A stretch of 64,000 nucleotides of DNA. Source: a virus. Its lineage: Duplodnaviria; Caudoviricetes. Where the stretch lies: positions 10,053 to 74,052 of IMG/VR virus record IMGVR_UViG_3300030330_005435; one strand, written 5' to 3'. The notes beneath the pieces are model-generated. The model was not told where the DNA came from. It ran no database searches and saw only the letters and a program-made list of their open reading frames with translations. This document shows, in pieces, positions 9,299-18,507 of the stretch. Both the position numbers and the translations under genes were made by a program. Positions within the stretch are counted from its first letter, which is position 1; every line of letters starts with the position of its first letter.

Positions 9299-10179
9299 AA
9301 GTGCCTCAAAAATCTATCGTATTCCACACAAGCCTGTGGTAAGCGTGCACAATAATCTTCTTTGATAATTTGCGGAGTTTTAATATTGCTGGCTTTTGGT
9401 GTGACTTTATGTTTAAGCTTGCGGATTGAGCGATTAATGCTAGTAGCTCTAATCTTGTAATGTTTGAGTTTTCCATTTGGTCCATATCCGTTTGAAGGCC
9501 CTTTCATGCCTCTGTTTTCCATTTCGTGAATTAATTTAAATCGAGCCATAGTTTCTGAATAACTAAATTGATTCATTTGTTCCTGTGTTAAAAGAGAGAC
9601 AGCACACACATCTTTTATAAGAGTGCGACCGTCAATCCGATCTGATGGGTAAAACCACATTTCTTTTGTAAAATTGTCATTTGTTTCAATTAAGTCGATC
9701 TCTTGTTTGCCACCTCTGTTAATAGCTATCCAATCATAGCATATATACTTGTCAGTAGCAAGCGTTTTTTCAGAGGCAAAACCAGTGGCACTTTTATCGT
9801 TAAAATAATAACAGGTCTCAAACTCAAACTGAGCAATTTTTGAATATTCATTTGAGCAAATAATCTTGTTATCTACTCGACGTAATTTATTGCACAAATT
9901 TGATAACGGCGCTTTTGAATCTAAGGACAATAAAAACAGCATTCGTTCCCACAACAAAGTCTTAGGAAGTCCGACAATAATATCTTCAATGCCTGTTTTG
10001 ATGATCGAAGGCTTGTTTTCCAATCTCACGCAAGATAAATCTATATTGTGATCAAGATAATCAAACCTAAATGGTATGTCGTAGTCCGAATGAATTATAG
10101 GATAATTGTGAACAAATGCAAATAGCACTGCCTCAAACGAACTGCCAACAACAATATTGTCGTAACTATAACTCATCAA
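9295..10179 (-). CDS. hypothetical protein with degenerate Rossmann (FAD-binding-like) start
   Basis: YDNIVVGSSFEAVLFA resembles YDxxIVGAGxxG with loss of glycines. Confidence 0.5.
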   Translation of the reverse strand: MMSYSYDNIVVGSSFEAVLFAFVHNYPIIHSDYDIPFRFDYLDHNIDLSCVRLENKPSIIKTGIEDIIVGLPKTLLWERMLFLLSLDSKAPLSNLCNKLRRVDNKIICSNEYSKIAQFEFETCYYFNDKSATGFASEKTLATDKYICYDWIAINRGGKQEIDLIETNDNFTKEMWFYPSDRIDGRTLIKDVCAVSLLTQEQMNQFSYSETMARFKLIHEMENRGMKGPSNGYGPNGKLKHYKIRATSINRSIRKLKHKVTPKASNIKTPQIIKEDYCARLPQACVEYDRFLRHL

Positions 10180-11167
10180 GTAATTTTTTAATGTCTAAGC
10201 CAGCACAGTCTATTTTATTTTTACTTACATGATAGTGACTTACAAATCCACAGAATTTACCATACTTGGCGTCTTGCACGTAGCCTTTGTCTGTGGTTCC
10301 AAACTGATTGGTGGGTGTTACTAATTTTACCCCTGCGCACTTATTAATTGCCCTCCACAAAGCCTTTAAAGCTTCAATTTGTTTGGGATAAAAATCTGTG
10401 AAATCTTCAAGCTCTTCCCCGTGCACTCTGGCGCCAGAAATTATTGGTCTTTCACCAAAACCATTTCGCTTGTACCATTCTTGATATTTCGGGTAATAAG
10501 CGTTTGAAATTTCCACACCCACAGAAGCTCTGTTGACTCTCTCGGAGCCTGCATGCCAAGCGCCGTGTTGCATATCAAGCGCTTGATAAATGGTGCCGTC
10601 GTTGTCGATTAGAAAGTGTACTGAAATACCTCGCTTGTCTAATATAGTTTGGCATGAGCGCGAAGAAAGGCAAACGTCCCAATGATTAACAAAAAGTCTT
10701 ACGCCGCGGCGTGGTCGACCAGTATAATCATAATAAGAGCCTTTTTTAGCTTGAATACCGCCTGTTTCAGACCATAAAACTACCTTGTCCCATTCAATAG
10801 GAAAGAATTCACCGTTGTATACAATGTAATTTGAATATTGACATTCTACCGGTTTATAATCGTCAATGTCTGCTTGGCGTTCAGTCCATATTCTACGATA
10901 AGTAGAAGGTCCACACAGGCCATCCGCGGTTAAGCCTCTTTCTTTCTGCCACTTTTTGATCGATCTAATAAGTTGTTCATCAAAATATTTTTGGCCAAAC
11001 CATGATGGATCCCATCCTAAATTTTTCGCAGACGATTCATTATAAAAGTTCTTGTCAATACCCATGTCTTGTTCTTCTTTTTCTTCTTGAAGTGGTTTAT
11101 CTTCACGAAGTAAATAGTCCAAGAACGTAATTATCCAATACCAAATTGATTGTATTGCCCCTAACAT
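10166..11167 (-). CDS. endolysin: peptidoglycan-binding domain plus N-acetylmuramoyl-L-alanine amidase (Amidase_2)
   Basis: SIKKWQKERGLTADGLCGPST (PG_binding_1); VNHWD, SVHFLIDNDG, AWHAG, SVGVEI, SHYHVSKNKIDC; start may instead be MGIDKNF at 11065. Confidence 0.9.
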   Translation of the reverse strand: MLGAIQSIWYWIITFLDYLLREDKPLQEEKEEQDMGIDKNFYNESSAKNLGWDPSWFGQKYFDEQLIRSIKKWQKERGLTADGLCGPSTYRRIWTERQADIDDYKPVECQYSNYIVYNGEFFPIEWDKVVLWSETGGIQAKKGSYYDYTGRPRRGVRLFVNHWDVCLSSRSCQTILDKRGISVHFLIDNDGTIYQALDMQHGAWHAGSERVNRASVGVEISNAYYPKYQEWYKRNGFGERPIISGARVHGEELEDFTDFYPKQIEALKALWRAINKCAGVKLVTPTNQFGTTDKGYVQDAKYGKFCGFVSHYHVSKNKIDCAGLDIKKLLDEL

Positions 11168-11387
11168 TAACTTCCTCGATCATTGACTTGTCTACCATTA
11201 GCCAAGTATTTTTCTTTAAACAATCAGCAAACCTTACTTCAGAATCCCAAGAAATAACTTTTACACAAGCATGACGCGCTTCTTGCACTTTAAAATCGTT
11301 TGGAAGTAAGATTCCTGTTTCCGTCTGCGGTGGTTTGACTGGCTCAACCTCAATTTGAATGTATCTATTCAGTGGTTTAAAATTCAT
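11103..11387 (-). CDS. groES: co-chaperonin GroES (Cpn10)-like
   Basis: MNFKPLNRYIQIE...TETGILLP...VKVIS; AGGAG SD before ATG 11387. Confidence 0.8.
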   Translation of the reverse strand: MNFKPLNRYIQIEVEPVKPPQTETGILLPNDFKVQEARHACVKVISWDSEVRFADCLKKNTWLMVDKSMIEEVNVRGNTINLVLDNYVLGLFTS

Positions 11388-11395
11388 TTTATCTC

Positions 11396-13363
11396 CTAAA
11401 TTGTGCATGAATCATTGGTACAAAATTTTGTTCCCTCGCCCTGTTCGTCAGTGTTAATTCTAGTGACAGGTGTTATATTTTTGATTAATTTATTATATTG
11501 AGCCTCTGTTATTGGCTCATAAGGTGCTTGTTCATAGCCAGTTTCCTCATATTTAAGGAATGATACAGCTTTTAGTCTAGATTCATACATCTCTAAAGCA
11601 TCTTTTATGCTTTCAGCTTCATCTGGCTTAAATGTCACAGTAATAGATACCGAATTATCCGCCCAATAGTGCTGATACTGGGCTGCAATTTCAAGCTGTT
11701 CCCACATGTTAACATCTCTTTTACCCTTTACAAAATATGGCTCGCGAACAGGAAACTCTACACAAACGGTATTTGGAGAATATACATCATCTTCAATTTT
11801 GTACCCTGCCGCGCGCAAAGGCTCAATTAAAGGCGAATCAGTAGAGAACCTAATTCTGCGAATGTAAAACTCATCTTCTGGGAAGTGTATGCCAGGGGTT
11901 GAACCATTTAAAAGTGACACTGTTCCTGACGGTTTAATAGAAGTTGTTCTAATCGATTTTGGTATGCATAGCCAGTTAGAGTACTCTTCGTCTAGGTTTT
12001 GTACGTATTCGTATGCTTGATCGCACCAATCATATATTGCGCGGCGACCATGCTTGTTAAAAGCCTGAACAACACCAGATTGAGAAAGGCCAATTCGACG
12101 ATTCTTGAGCATCTTGGCGTTTGTTTCTGGCCAATGAGTATTGGAAAGAGTGATTGTTTTTCCATACAAATATGCAATCTTTAATGTGCGCAAGTAATCA
12201 TCTAAATCGTCGTGCTTTGCAGGAAAAGTTTCAACCAGACAACATAATTCAGCATCCTCAAGTTGCTGTTCGACACATGGATTAAACCCTGCAACGTTCA
12301 TGTCATCTAATCTTTCGCCGTCTTTAAAACGCCCGCGAGTTCGTGCATTTTCTAACCAAATATAGCCTGGTTCACCGTTTTTTTGCGACTGATTTGCGTG
12401 CCATGTATAGTCCATACCCACCAATGCGTTAAATGAGTTGTTTGAGTTCCAGCGGTGATGCATCAACTTTTCTGAATCATTTTTCATTTCAAGGTAATGA
12501 GTGTCATCATGTCGACCCATAGCCAATGCTGCTGAGCGCCTGACATTGCCCGATACAACACAGCGTCCAATTAAATTTTCTGTGTCCACGATATCAACTG
12601 ATGTTATTGGCTCTCCGATTTTGTTTGAGTACATTTCTACTAGACTTTCGTGTAGCTCTATAAGTGGCTGTGGGCCCGAAGAAGTTCCCCCAAAGCCCTT
12701 GATATGTGCCCCAAAGGGCCTGATTGCTGAATAGTCAAATTTAGGAACCTTATGGCCGAAAAAGTAACCATTTAATAATGTTTGTACAGAATCAACCCAT
12801 CCTTCCCGCGAGTCGTCAATGATCAAAGTGTCATTTGTATATTGCGGTTCACAAATTGTAAGCGAACCCGCGCCCTCAGTATCAAAACCAACGCCGATGC
12901 CAACCATTAATGCATCCATCATCCAAGCAAACAAATAACCGCCCTTTGTTGCAAGATCTTTGGTGGAACGAAAAGCACAATTAAACAGTGCGGCCGCTGT
13001 TCTTTCTTCAATAAATTTTGTACCCATCATCCATAGGCCGCGGCCAGGGGGTGTCCATTTTAAATTAAACAATCGATCATATGCATCTTTAGCTGTTTTT
13101 TGAGCCTTTGCGTCATTCCACTCAAGACCAAGCGCAAATACGTGTTGTTTCTGCATGTTAAACATACCCTCCACAACACGGCGACAAGTTTGCCACCATT
13201 CTTCGGTACCAGAAACTTCAGGATCAAACTCATTTAAACGTCTGGAGTAGGTTCGTTTATATGTAATGTATCCCAGCGGGCCCCAAGGCACCTCTGCATC
13301 CTTGTACGGCTCAACGAAGGTGTCCGATAGTCTGAATCTGCGAATATTGTCGATTGTTCTCAT
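11396..13363 (-). CDS. nrdJ: class II (adenosylcobalamin-dependent) ribonucleoside-triphosphate reductase
   Basis: WTPPGRGLW, LFNCAF, GFNPCVEQ (thiyl-radical Cys), TTSIKPSGTVSLL, C-terminal FCTNDSC. Confidence 0.93.
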   Translation of the reverse strand: MRTIDNIRRFRLSDTFVEPYKDAEVPWGPLGYITYKRTYSRRLNEFDPEVSGTEEWWQTCRRVVEGMFNMQKQHVFALGLEWNDAKAQKTAKDAYDRLFNLKWTPPGRGLWMMGTKFIEERTAAALFNCAFRSTKDLATKGGYLFAWMMDALMVGIGVGFDTEGAGSLTICEPQYTNDTLIIDDSREGWVDSVQTLLNGYFFGHKVPKFDYSAIRPFGAHIKGFGGTSSGPQPLIELHESLVEMYSNKIGEPITSVDIVDTENLIGRCVVSGNVRRSAALAMGRHDDTHYLEMKNDSEKLMHHRWNSNNSFNALVGMDYTWHANQSQKNGEPGYIWLENARTRGRFKDGERLDDMNVAGFNPCVEQQLEDAELCCLVETFPAKHDDLDDYLRTLKIAYLYGKTITLSNTHWPETNAKMLKNRRIGLSQSGVVQAFNKHGRRAIYDWCDQAYEYVQNLDEEYSNWLCIPKSIRTTSIKPSGTVSLLNGSTPGIHFPEDEFYIRRIRFSTDSPLIEPLRAAGYKIEDDVYSPNTVCVEFPVREPYFVKGKRDVNMWEQLEIAAQYQHYWADNSVSITVTFKPDEAESIKDALEMYESRLKAVSFLKYEETGYEQAPYEPITEAQYNKLIKNITPVTRINTDEQGEGTKFCTNDSCTI

Positions 13364-13368
13364 TTATA

Positions 13369-14748
13369 TTATTTCCTTCTTAATTTTGTATATTTTTGAC
13401 GTAGTAGATCTTTTTGCTGTTTAGAGTCGAGCGCGACTGGGGCTGTAACGACACCACTTGGGGTATCTTTTTGTTGAGGTGTTTTTGGCAATATCTTTAT
13501 GTTAACATTTGAAGTATCCATAAATATGTTGTAAACCATTCCATCAGGACCATTTCTGTTTTTTGCAATGAAAATTTTACCTTGATTGTTTTGCTTGTCT
13601 TCGATTGTTCGAGAGACAGAGAAGATAAAATCAGCAACAAAGCACTTATTAAAAGCTTCAGATATTTGTTCCATTGTGATCACTTCAGCGCTTAATCCTG
13701 ACCTGTTAGTTTGTGATGCTGTCCAGACAGGACATTGAAATTCTGTAGACAATGCTCTAAGTTCTTCGTAAATAGAACCTAACTCTTCTCTTTTTTCTTT
13801 TCTATTTTGCACAGGCTTCAATAAGTCTGCGTAATCTACGATAACCATTCCAGGAGTAATACCCCGCTTAACAAGACGAGAAAGATGTGCTCGGATTGTA
13901 TTTGTGGAGGCAGATTTAGTCGGATACTCTTTAACAATAAGCGATCCTTCAATGTCTTTAATTTCTTCATAAACTTCCTCTTTAAAGTTAATAATGTCTG
14001 ATAGTGGGTAACCTGTGATACAACTGTCATATCTTGTTGCAATAACTGTATCTTGTAATTCTAAGGTATAGTGTACTACGGTTTTGCCTTCTTTTAAAGC
14101 TTGACTTCCAAGATGCACCAAAACCATAGACTTGCCTGCACCAGTTGGCGCGATGACAACACCAAGTTCAGATTTACCTAAGCCACCCCCAGTTATTTTA
14201 TCAATATCTCCCCAACCAGTTGTGACTGGTCTTCTGAATTTTGGCATGAAACGTTCTTCAAAGTCTGCCATATAATCATAGCCAAAGTTATTTTCAGAAC
14301 CAAGCTTTAAAGCATCATTGATAACTTTTGAAATTTCATCAAAAGAACAATTTTGAAGTAACCCAACTGAAGTCATCATTGCTTCTTTAAGGTTCTGCTT
14401 ACGACAAAAATCAAGAGATATTTCCTTGATATAATCAATGTCTGTTAATTCTCGTTTGTGCATTCTGTTAAAATAGTCTTGCACTTTTTCTTGAACAATT
14501 TCATCTTCTTCATCAAGTTCTGTTTTGATGATTGTAAGCATAGCGTCCACCGATGGATGTTTGCCATAGCGGTGTCTGAATTGCAGCATCTTTTGTAGAA
14601 AAACACGCAGATATTCTAACTCAATAAAGTTAGCGTCGAGCACTTCAGTGATCTGATCTGCGAATGGTCGATCTTGAAAGATAAGCTGAACAAGTCCCTC
14701 TTGGAAGGCTTTTCCATACCTTCCAAAATTTACTTTCTCTGCTTTCAT
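13369..14748 (-). CDS. replicative DNA helicase (DnaB/T4 gp41-like)
   Basis: Walker A APTGAGKS, VHYTLEL, IVDYADLL, WTASQTNR, KNRNGPDG. Confidence 0.92.
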   Translation of the reverse strand: MKAEKVNFGRYGKAFQEGLVQLIFQDRPFADQITEVLDANFIELEYLRVFLQKMLQFRHRYGKHPSVDAMLTIIKTELDEEDEIVQEKVQDYFNRMHKRELTDIDYIKEISLDFCRKQNLKEAMMTSVGLLQNCSFDEISKVINDALKLGSENNFGYDYMADFEERFMPKFRRPVTTGWGDIDKITGGGLGKSELGVVIAPTGAGKSMVLVHLGSQALKEGKTVVHYTLELQDTVIATRYDSCITGYPLSDIINFKEEVYEEIKDIEGSLIVKEYPTKSASTNTIRAHLSRLVKRGITPGMVIVDYADLLKPVQNRKEKREELGSIYEELRALSTEFQCPVWTASQTNRSGLSAEVITMEQISEAFNKCFVADFIFSVSRTIEDKQNNQGKIFIAKNRNGPDGMVYNIFMDTSNVNIKILPKTPQQKDTPSGVVTAPVALDSKQQKDLLRQKYTKLRRK

Positions 14749-14772
14749 TGGTGCCCTCGCTTGGTGTTTATA

Positions 14773-14800
14773 AGTATATCGTTTCTGTCCGTAAAGTCAA
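14773..14800 (-). promoter_or_regulatory. sigma70-type promoter for the helicase-nrdJ block
   Basis: Minus strand TTGACT-16 nt-TATACT. Confidence 0.65.
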
Positions 14801-14808
14801 CCAAAAAA

Positions 14809-15807
14809 TTAGAATAATTCTGTTGCGCCGTCAAGGCACTCGGTTGAAATCTTGTTTAAGTGTGTCCTAAGATCTTCCCAATTTAGCTCACCAAATCCAT
14901 CCTCGCGCATGAGCCTAATAATCTCAGTTTTGTTAAAATCACATTCAAAATTTTCTACAGATTCTTTGACATGCATTTTTGCCTGAACTGACATTTGTGG
15001 CGCGTAAAGTTGCATCATTTTATAATTGTGTTCAATCAAATTTTTGGCCTCTACCACATTTGTAAAAAACTTAAGTTTGCTGCTTTCGGATTTTTCTTCG
15101 CAATGTTCAATTACATCATCGATTGTGTATGCTTTCTCTTCCGACAAAAATCCAATTCGCTTTGCAATAGTTTTAAATCCCGCACCTTTCACTCCTGGAA
15201 GATTATCAGAAGCATCGCCAATTACTGCACGTGCAAGTGCCATATTTGTTGGATGCACACCTGTTTGCTCAACAATACGTTTTGAGTTCAATATCTCATC
15301 CTTAACAGGTCGCCATAGAACGGTTTTCTCATCACACAATTGCATAAAGTCTTTATCGTTTGAGACAATAATTTTCTGCCAATCGTCGAAATGCCCGAGA
15401 GAACAGATGTACGAAATTACATCGTCTGCCTCAATCTCTGGTAACATTGTTTGAATGATAGGCATATTGTTAAGATATTCTACAACACGTCCTTGTTGCC
15501 AAATTTTGTTTTGCAACTCTTCATCATCCGTGAGATTGTGGACAGATCGATTTAGACGAATAGGTTTGCGACCAGCTTTATAATTTTTATCCATCGTCTT
15601 GCGCTTCTTGGAGCCATTTGGCCCATCCCAACATACCACTACAGCGTTAGGTTTTGTTTGCCTAACAAGTTTTTGTAGAATTTTGATAAATCCTTTTAGT
15701 CCGCCAATTGGATCTCCGTGTGTTGATACGGAGGGATCTACAATATATGCCCTTAGATACGCGTTTAATGCATCTACAATTAGGACTCTTTTAATTCCAT
15801 CAGTCAT
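14809..15807 (-). CDS. 5'-3' exonuclease/flap endonuclease (T4 RNase H-like)
   Basis: LIVDALN, VCWDG, EIEADDVI, IVSNDKDFMQL, GDASDNLPGVKGAG. Confidence 0.92.
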   Translation of the reverse strand: MTDGIKRVLIVDALNAYLRAYIVDPSVSTHGDPIGGLKGFIKILQKLVRQTKPNAVVVCWDGPNGSKKRKTMDKNYKAGRKPIRLNRSVHNLTDDEELQNKIWQQGRVVEYLNNMPIIQTMLPEIEADDVISYICSLGHFDDWQKIIVSNDKDFMQLCDEKTVLWRPVKDEILNSKRIVEQTGVHPTNMALARAVIGDASDNLPGVKGAGFKTIAKRIGFLSEEKAYTIDDVIEHCEEKSESSKLKFFTNVVEAKNLIEHNYKMMQLYAPQMSVQAKMHVKESVENFECDFNKTEIIRLMREDGFGELNWEDLRTHLNKISTECLDGATELF

Positions 15808-15967
15808 TGATTTGTTCCTCTAATTTTGTAATCTCAGCCATAATCTCCGCATAGTGCCTTAGTTTGCCATTGCGTTGATAAGTCATAGCTTCATTTTGTA
15901 GTCTTGCTATCTTCTTTATAATGCTATTTTGTTTTCTTTTCTTAAAAAAATCAGTTAAAAATTTCAT
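15800..15967 (-). CDS. 55-aa hypothetical protein below the ORF-track cutoff
   Basis: Manual translation MKFLTDFFKKRKQNSIIKKIARLQNEAMTYQRNGKLRHYAEIMAEITKLEEQIND; fills the gap and overlaps both neighbours. Confidence 0.75.
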   Translation of the reverse strand: MKFLTDFFKKRKQNSIIKKIARLQNEAMTYQRNGKLRHYAEIMAEITKLEEQIND

Positions 15968-16899
15968 ACTGCCATCCTTTGTTTATTCATTATATCACGA
16001 TATTCTAACAATGCAAGTTCTTTGTGCTTAGCCTCAATCATAACATCAAATTCATTGCCATAATCATCAAATGGATTGCGGATCATATCAGAATGTGCTT
16101 GTGGTTTGATTTTGGGATTGTTTTGCTCAACAGAGCGTGATTCTGCGTAGTGTACCACTGGTTTGATATCACCCCATGTTGACAAAGCGAGTTCAAGTGC
16201 TTCTTGCTCTGTTTGCCCACCTGGATGAAGCATGTGATGATGATAGTCAAATACAATCGGAATACCAATACGCTTGTACACGCCCTCATACAACTCAAGT
16301 GTTGAGTATAGTGAAGTTTTGTCATCATTCTCGACTGTCAATCTTGAGCGGACATTTTCTGGCAACCGTTCAAAGTTGCGGCAGAAGTTGTCAAGAGCCA
16401 TTGGTTTGTCGCCATAGGCTGCACCCACATGAATGTTAAGTTTAGCATACGGTGTACGTGGCAAGCCAATCATGTCAAATAAATCGCCGTGAACCTTGAG
16501 ATCCTTGTATGTAAGCTGAAATACTCGTTCTTTTGGTGATGCCAGTTTGTTGAACGGCCCAGGATGCGATGTAAGACGCATACCGTGCTCACGTGCAAAG
16601 TTGCCAGCCTTCATAGCTGCTGCAAGAATAAGATTGTAATCTGGTAACTCTTCCATTTCATACTCACTTGCCCATGGGATCATATCCGATGAGAGGCGAT
16701 AGAAATAAATATCGTTCTCCAAATTCCATTCAAGAATTTTGTGAAGATCTCGTACATTCTGTAAGGCAAGTTCGGACGCATACCCGATACCTTTCTCGAA
16801 GAACGTTCGCTTGATCATTGTTCTGTTAGTTGTAATGCGTTGCGATTTGGGGCGGTTTGAAAACCCCATGTTGATGCATGCATATCCGTAGTTTCGCAT
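15964..16899 (-). CDS. uvsE: UV-damage endonuclease UvsE/UvdE
   Basis: YGYACIN, FYRLSSD, LTSHPGPF, LNIHVG, LTVENDD, VFDYHHH, VMIEAKHKELA; start MRNYG has a GGAGG SD. Confidence 0.95.
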   Translation of the reverse strand: MRNYGYACINMGFSNRPKSQRITTNRTMIKRTFFEKGIGYASELALQNVRDLHKILEWNLENDIYFYRLSSDMIPWASEYEMEELPDYNLILAAAMKAGNFAREHGMRLTSHPGPFNKLASPKERVFQLTYKDLKVHGDLFDMIGLPRTPYAKLNIHVGAAYGDKPMALDNFCRNFERLPENVRSRLTVENDDKTSLYSTLELYEGVYKRIGIPIVFDYHHHMLHPGGQTEQEALELALSTWGDIKPVVHYAESRSVEQNNPKIKPQAHSDMIRNPFDDYGNEFDVMIEAKHKELALLEYRDIMNKQRMAV

Positions 16900-16927
16900 G
16901 AAAAACCCTCCTTCATGATTATATCTT

Positions 16928-16956
16928 ATTATAACCAATCCAGAGGGTAAAGTCAA
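16928..16956 (-). promoter_or_regulatory. near-consensus sigma70 promoter for uvsE
   Basis: Minus strand TTGACT-17 nt-TATAAT. Confidence 0.85.
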
Positions 16957-16965
16957 GAATTATTT

Positions 16966-18114
16966 TTATTCTTTTACGGGTACAGTGAGATCATCGGGAT
17001 CTTCGTAATAATTACTAGCATCACCTTCACGTTTATCAAATTTTTGAACAATTTCTTCATCCATAATTTGTACAACGTGCGATCTGAATTCTTCATCACT
17101 AGTAACTAACTCAGTCCACTTGGAGGGTTGGAACTTTTTCGTGTATCCATCTGGCGTAGAGAGTGTGTACCACGCTCCAGCCGATGTTAACGAATCGGAA
17201 CCTTTAATGGCATCAAACCAGCTTTCTTCATCGCGAATGCCGATCTCATCTGTTCCCCACAAGATACGAAAAGCACAGGAGCGACCTTGCGTACCAAATC
17301 TTGACTTTTCAAGCTTCACTTTAACTTCAGAGCCAATGCGAAAGCCTTTTTCATCTTCGATAAACGAAGATTTTGCTTTGCGACCAGTAAGCCAAACACG
17401 TAACGAATATGCATAATGCATGGCTTTCCCACCCGGTGTAATGTATGGCGTTGTCATTGCCACAATACGTGCCGTTGGTCCTTGTGGGATATTTGTCTTC
17501 AATTGATTAAGAACAATAAACGTAGCTTGCTTATCTGCTAGTGGAATAGTCAACTTAGACATTCCTTTAGCCAAAATACGTGCTTTAACAGCCATAGAAG
17601 ACTGAGGGTTAAAATCGCCCTCTACATCAGAAACTGAAGGTGTGAAAGCCAACGAGTCCCATATAAAAACAATCTGTTCGTCTGTTGCTCCAAGCAGTTC
17701 TTCAATTGTCTCAAGAACAAACTCCACAGACGATGCCTGAACATACATTAAGCGTTCTAAATCACAGCCTGAGCGCTCCAAAAAAGTTGGGTCGATTGCT
17801 GATTCAGAATCAAAATATACGATAAGCTTGCCCATTTTCTGTGCGTTTGCTGCGATTTGCGCAGCCATATAGGATTTACCTGTAGATTCAAGTCCTGCTA
17901 TCTCGGTAACTTTACCTACTGGGATTCCAGCAACTCGGCCTTTGCATATAATAGAATCAAGCCACCTAGAGCCTGTTGGGATCCATTCTTTAACAGAAGT
18001 GGGATTGTCGCCAGTTAGATCGTGTGCTACGTTTCTACCTGCCTTCTTATTTACTAATTTCATCAGATCTTGCATATCTACACGACCTGCTTTTGGTTTT
18101 GCTTTCCTGGCCAT
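16966..18114 (-). CDS. recA: RecA/UvsX-like recombinase
   Basis: IPTGSRWLD, EIAGLESTGKS, YFDSESAID, IWDSLA, TPGGKAMHY. Confidence 0.95.
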   Translation of the reverse strand: MARKAKPKAGRVDMQDLMKLVNKKAGRNVAHDLTGDNPTSVKEWIPTGSRWLDSIICKGRVAGIPVGKVTEIAGLESTGKSYMAAQIAANAQKMGKLIVYFDSESAIDPTFLERSGCDLERLMYVQASSVEFVLETIEELLGATDEQIVFIWDSLAFTPSVSDVEGDFNPQSSMAVKARILAKGMSKLTIPLADKQATFIVLNQLKTNIPQGPTARIVAMTTPYITPGGKAMHYAYSLRVWLTGRKAKSSFIEDEKGFRIGSEVKVKLEKSRFGTQGRSCAFRILWGTDEIGIRDEESWFDAIKGSDSLTSAGAWYTLSTPDGYTKKFQPSKWTELVTSDEEFRSHVVQIMDEEIVQKFDKREGDASNYYEDPDDLTVPVKE

Positions 18115-18124
18115 TGACCCTCCA

Positions 18125-18162
18125 TAAAAAATTAAAAGCGGCAGACTTTTTACCGGCCTGCC
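18125..18162 (-). terminator. intrinsic terminator
   Basis: GGCAGGC/GUCUGCC stem (one G-U pair) followed by GCTTTTAATTTTTT. Confidence 0.6.
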
Positions 18163-18173
18163 AGCGGCTGCAG

Positions 18174-18425
18174 CTATTCCGTTGCGTTTGTTTCAGTAGT
18201 TGTTTCAGTAGTTGTACCAGTAGTAACTTCAGTTGTAGTTTCTGTAATGGTGGTATTAGAAACCTGTTCAGTTTCGGCCTCCACCTGCGGCACTACTTCG
18301 GCTTCTGAAACCTCTTGTGGATCGTACGAGCAGGTCCCATAAGCGGTTGCAACAACTATTGCTCCCCCCACCATGGTTACTCTAACTCTCCAACTGGCCC
18401 ATGCGGCCTTTAACCAATCTAACAT
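18174..18425 (-). CDS. small membrane-anchored protein with Thr/Glu-rich tail
   Basis: Hydrophobic VRVTMVGGAIVVATAYG then acidic TTTE repeats; AAGGAG SD. Confidence 0.75.
   Translation of the reverse strand: MLDWLKAAWASWRVRVTMVGGAIVVATAYGTCSYDPQEVSEAEVVPQVEAETEQVSNTTITETTTEVTTGTTTETTTETNATE
18187..18246. repeat. imperfect 12-bp tandem repeat, about 5 units, encoding T-T-T-E/G
   Basis: tttgtttcagta gttgtttcagta gttgtaccagta gtaacttcagtt gtagtttctgta. Confidence 0.8.
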
Positions 18426-18445
18426 ACTATATCTCCTTCATTGGT

Positions 18446-18483
18446 AAAAATATGGCAGAGTATTTTCACTCCCGCTCTGCCAT
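18446..18483 (-). terminator. intrinsic terminator after the SSB gene
   Basis: Perfect 9-bp stem ATGGCAGAG/CTCTGCCAT, 14-nt loop, then ATTTTT. Confidence 0.7.
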
Positions 18484-18507
18484 CGGTCTCACAAGAGCCT
18501 AGTTACT

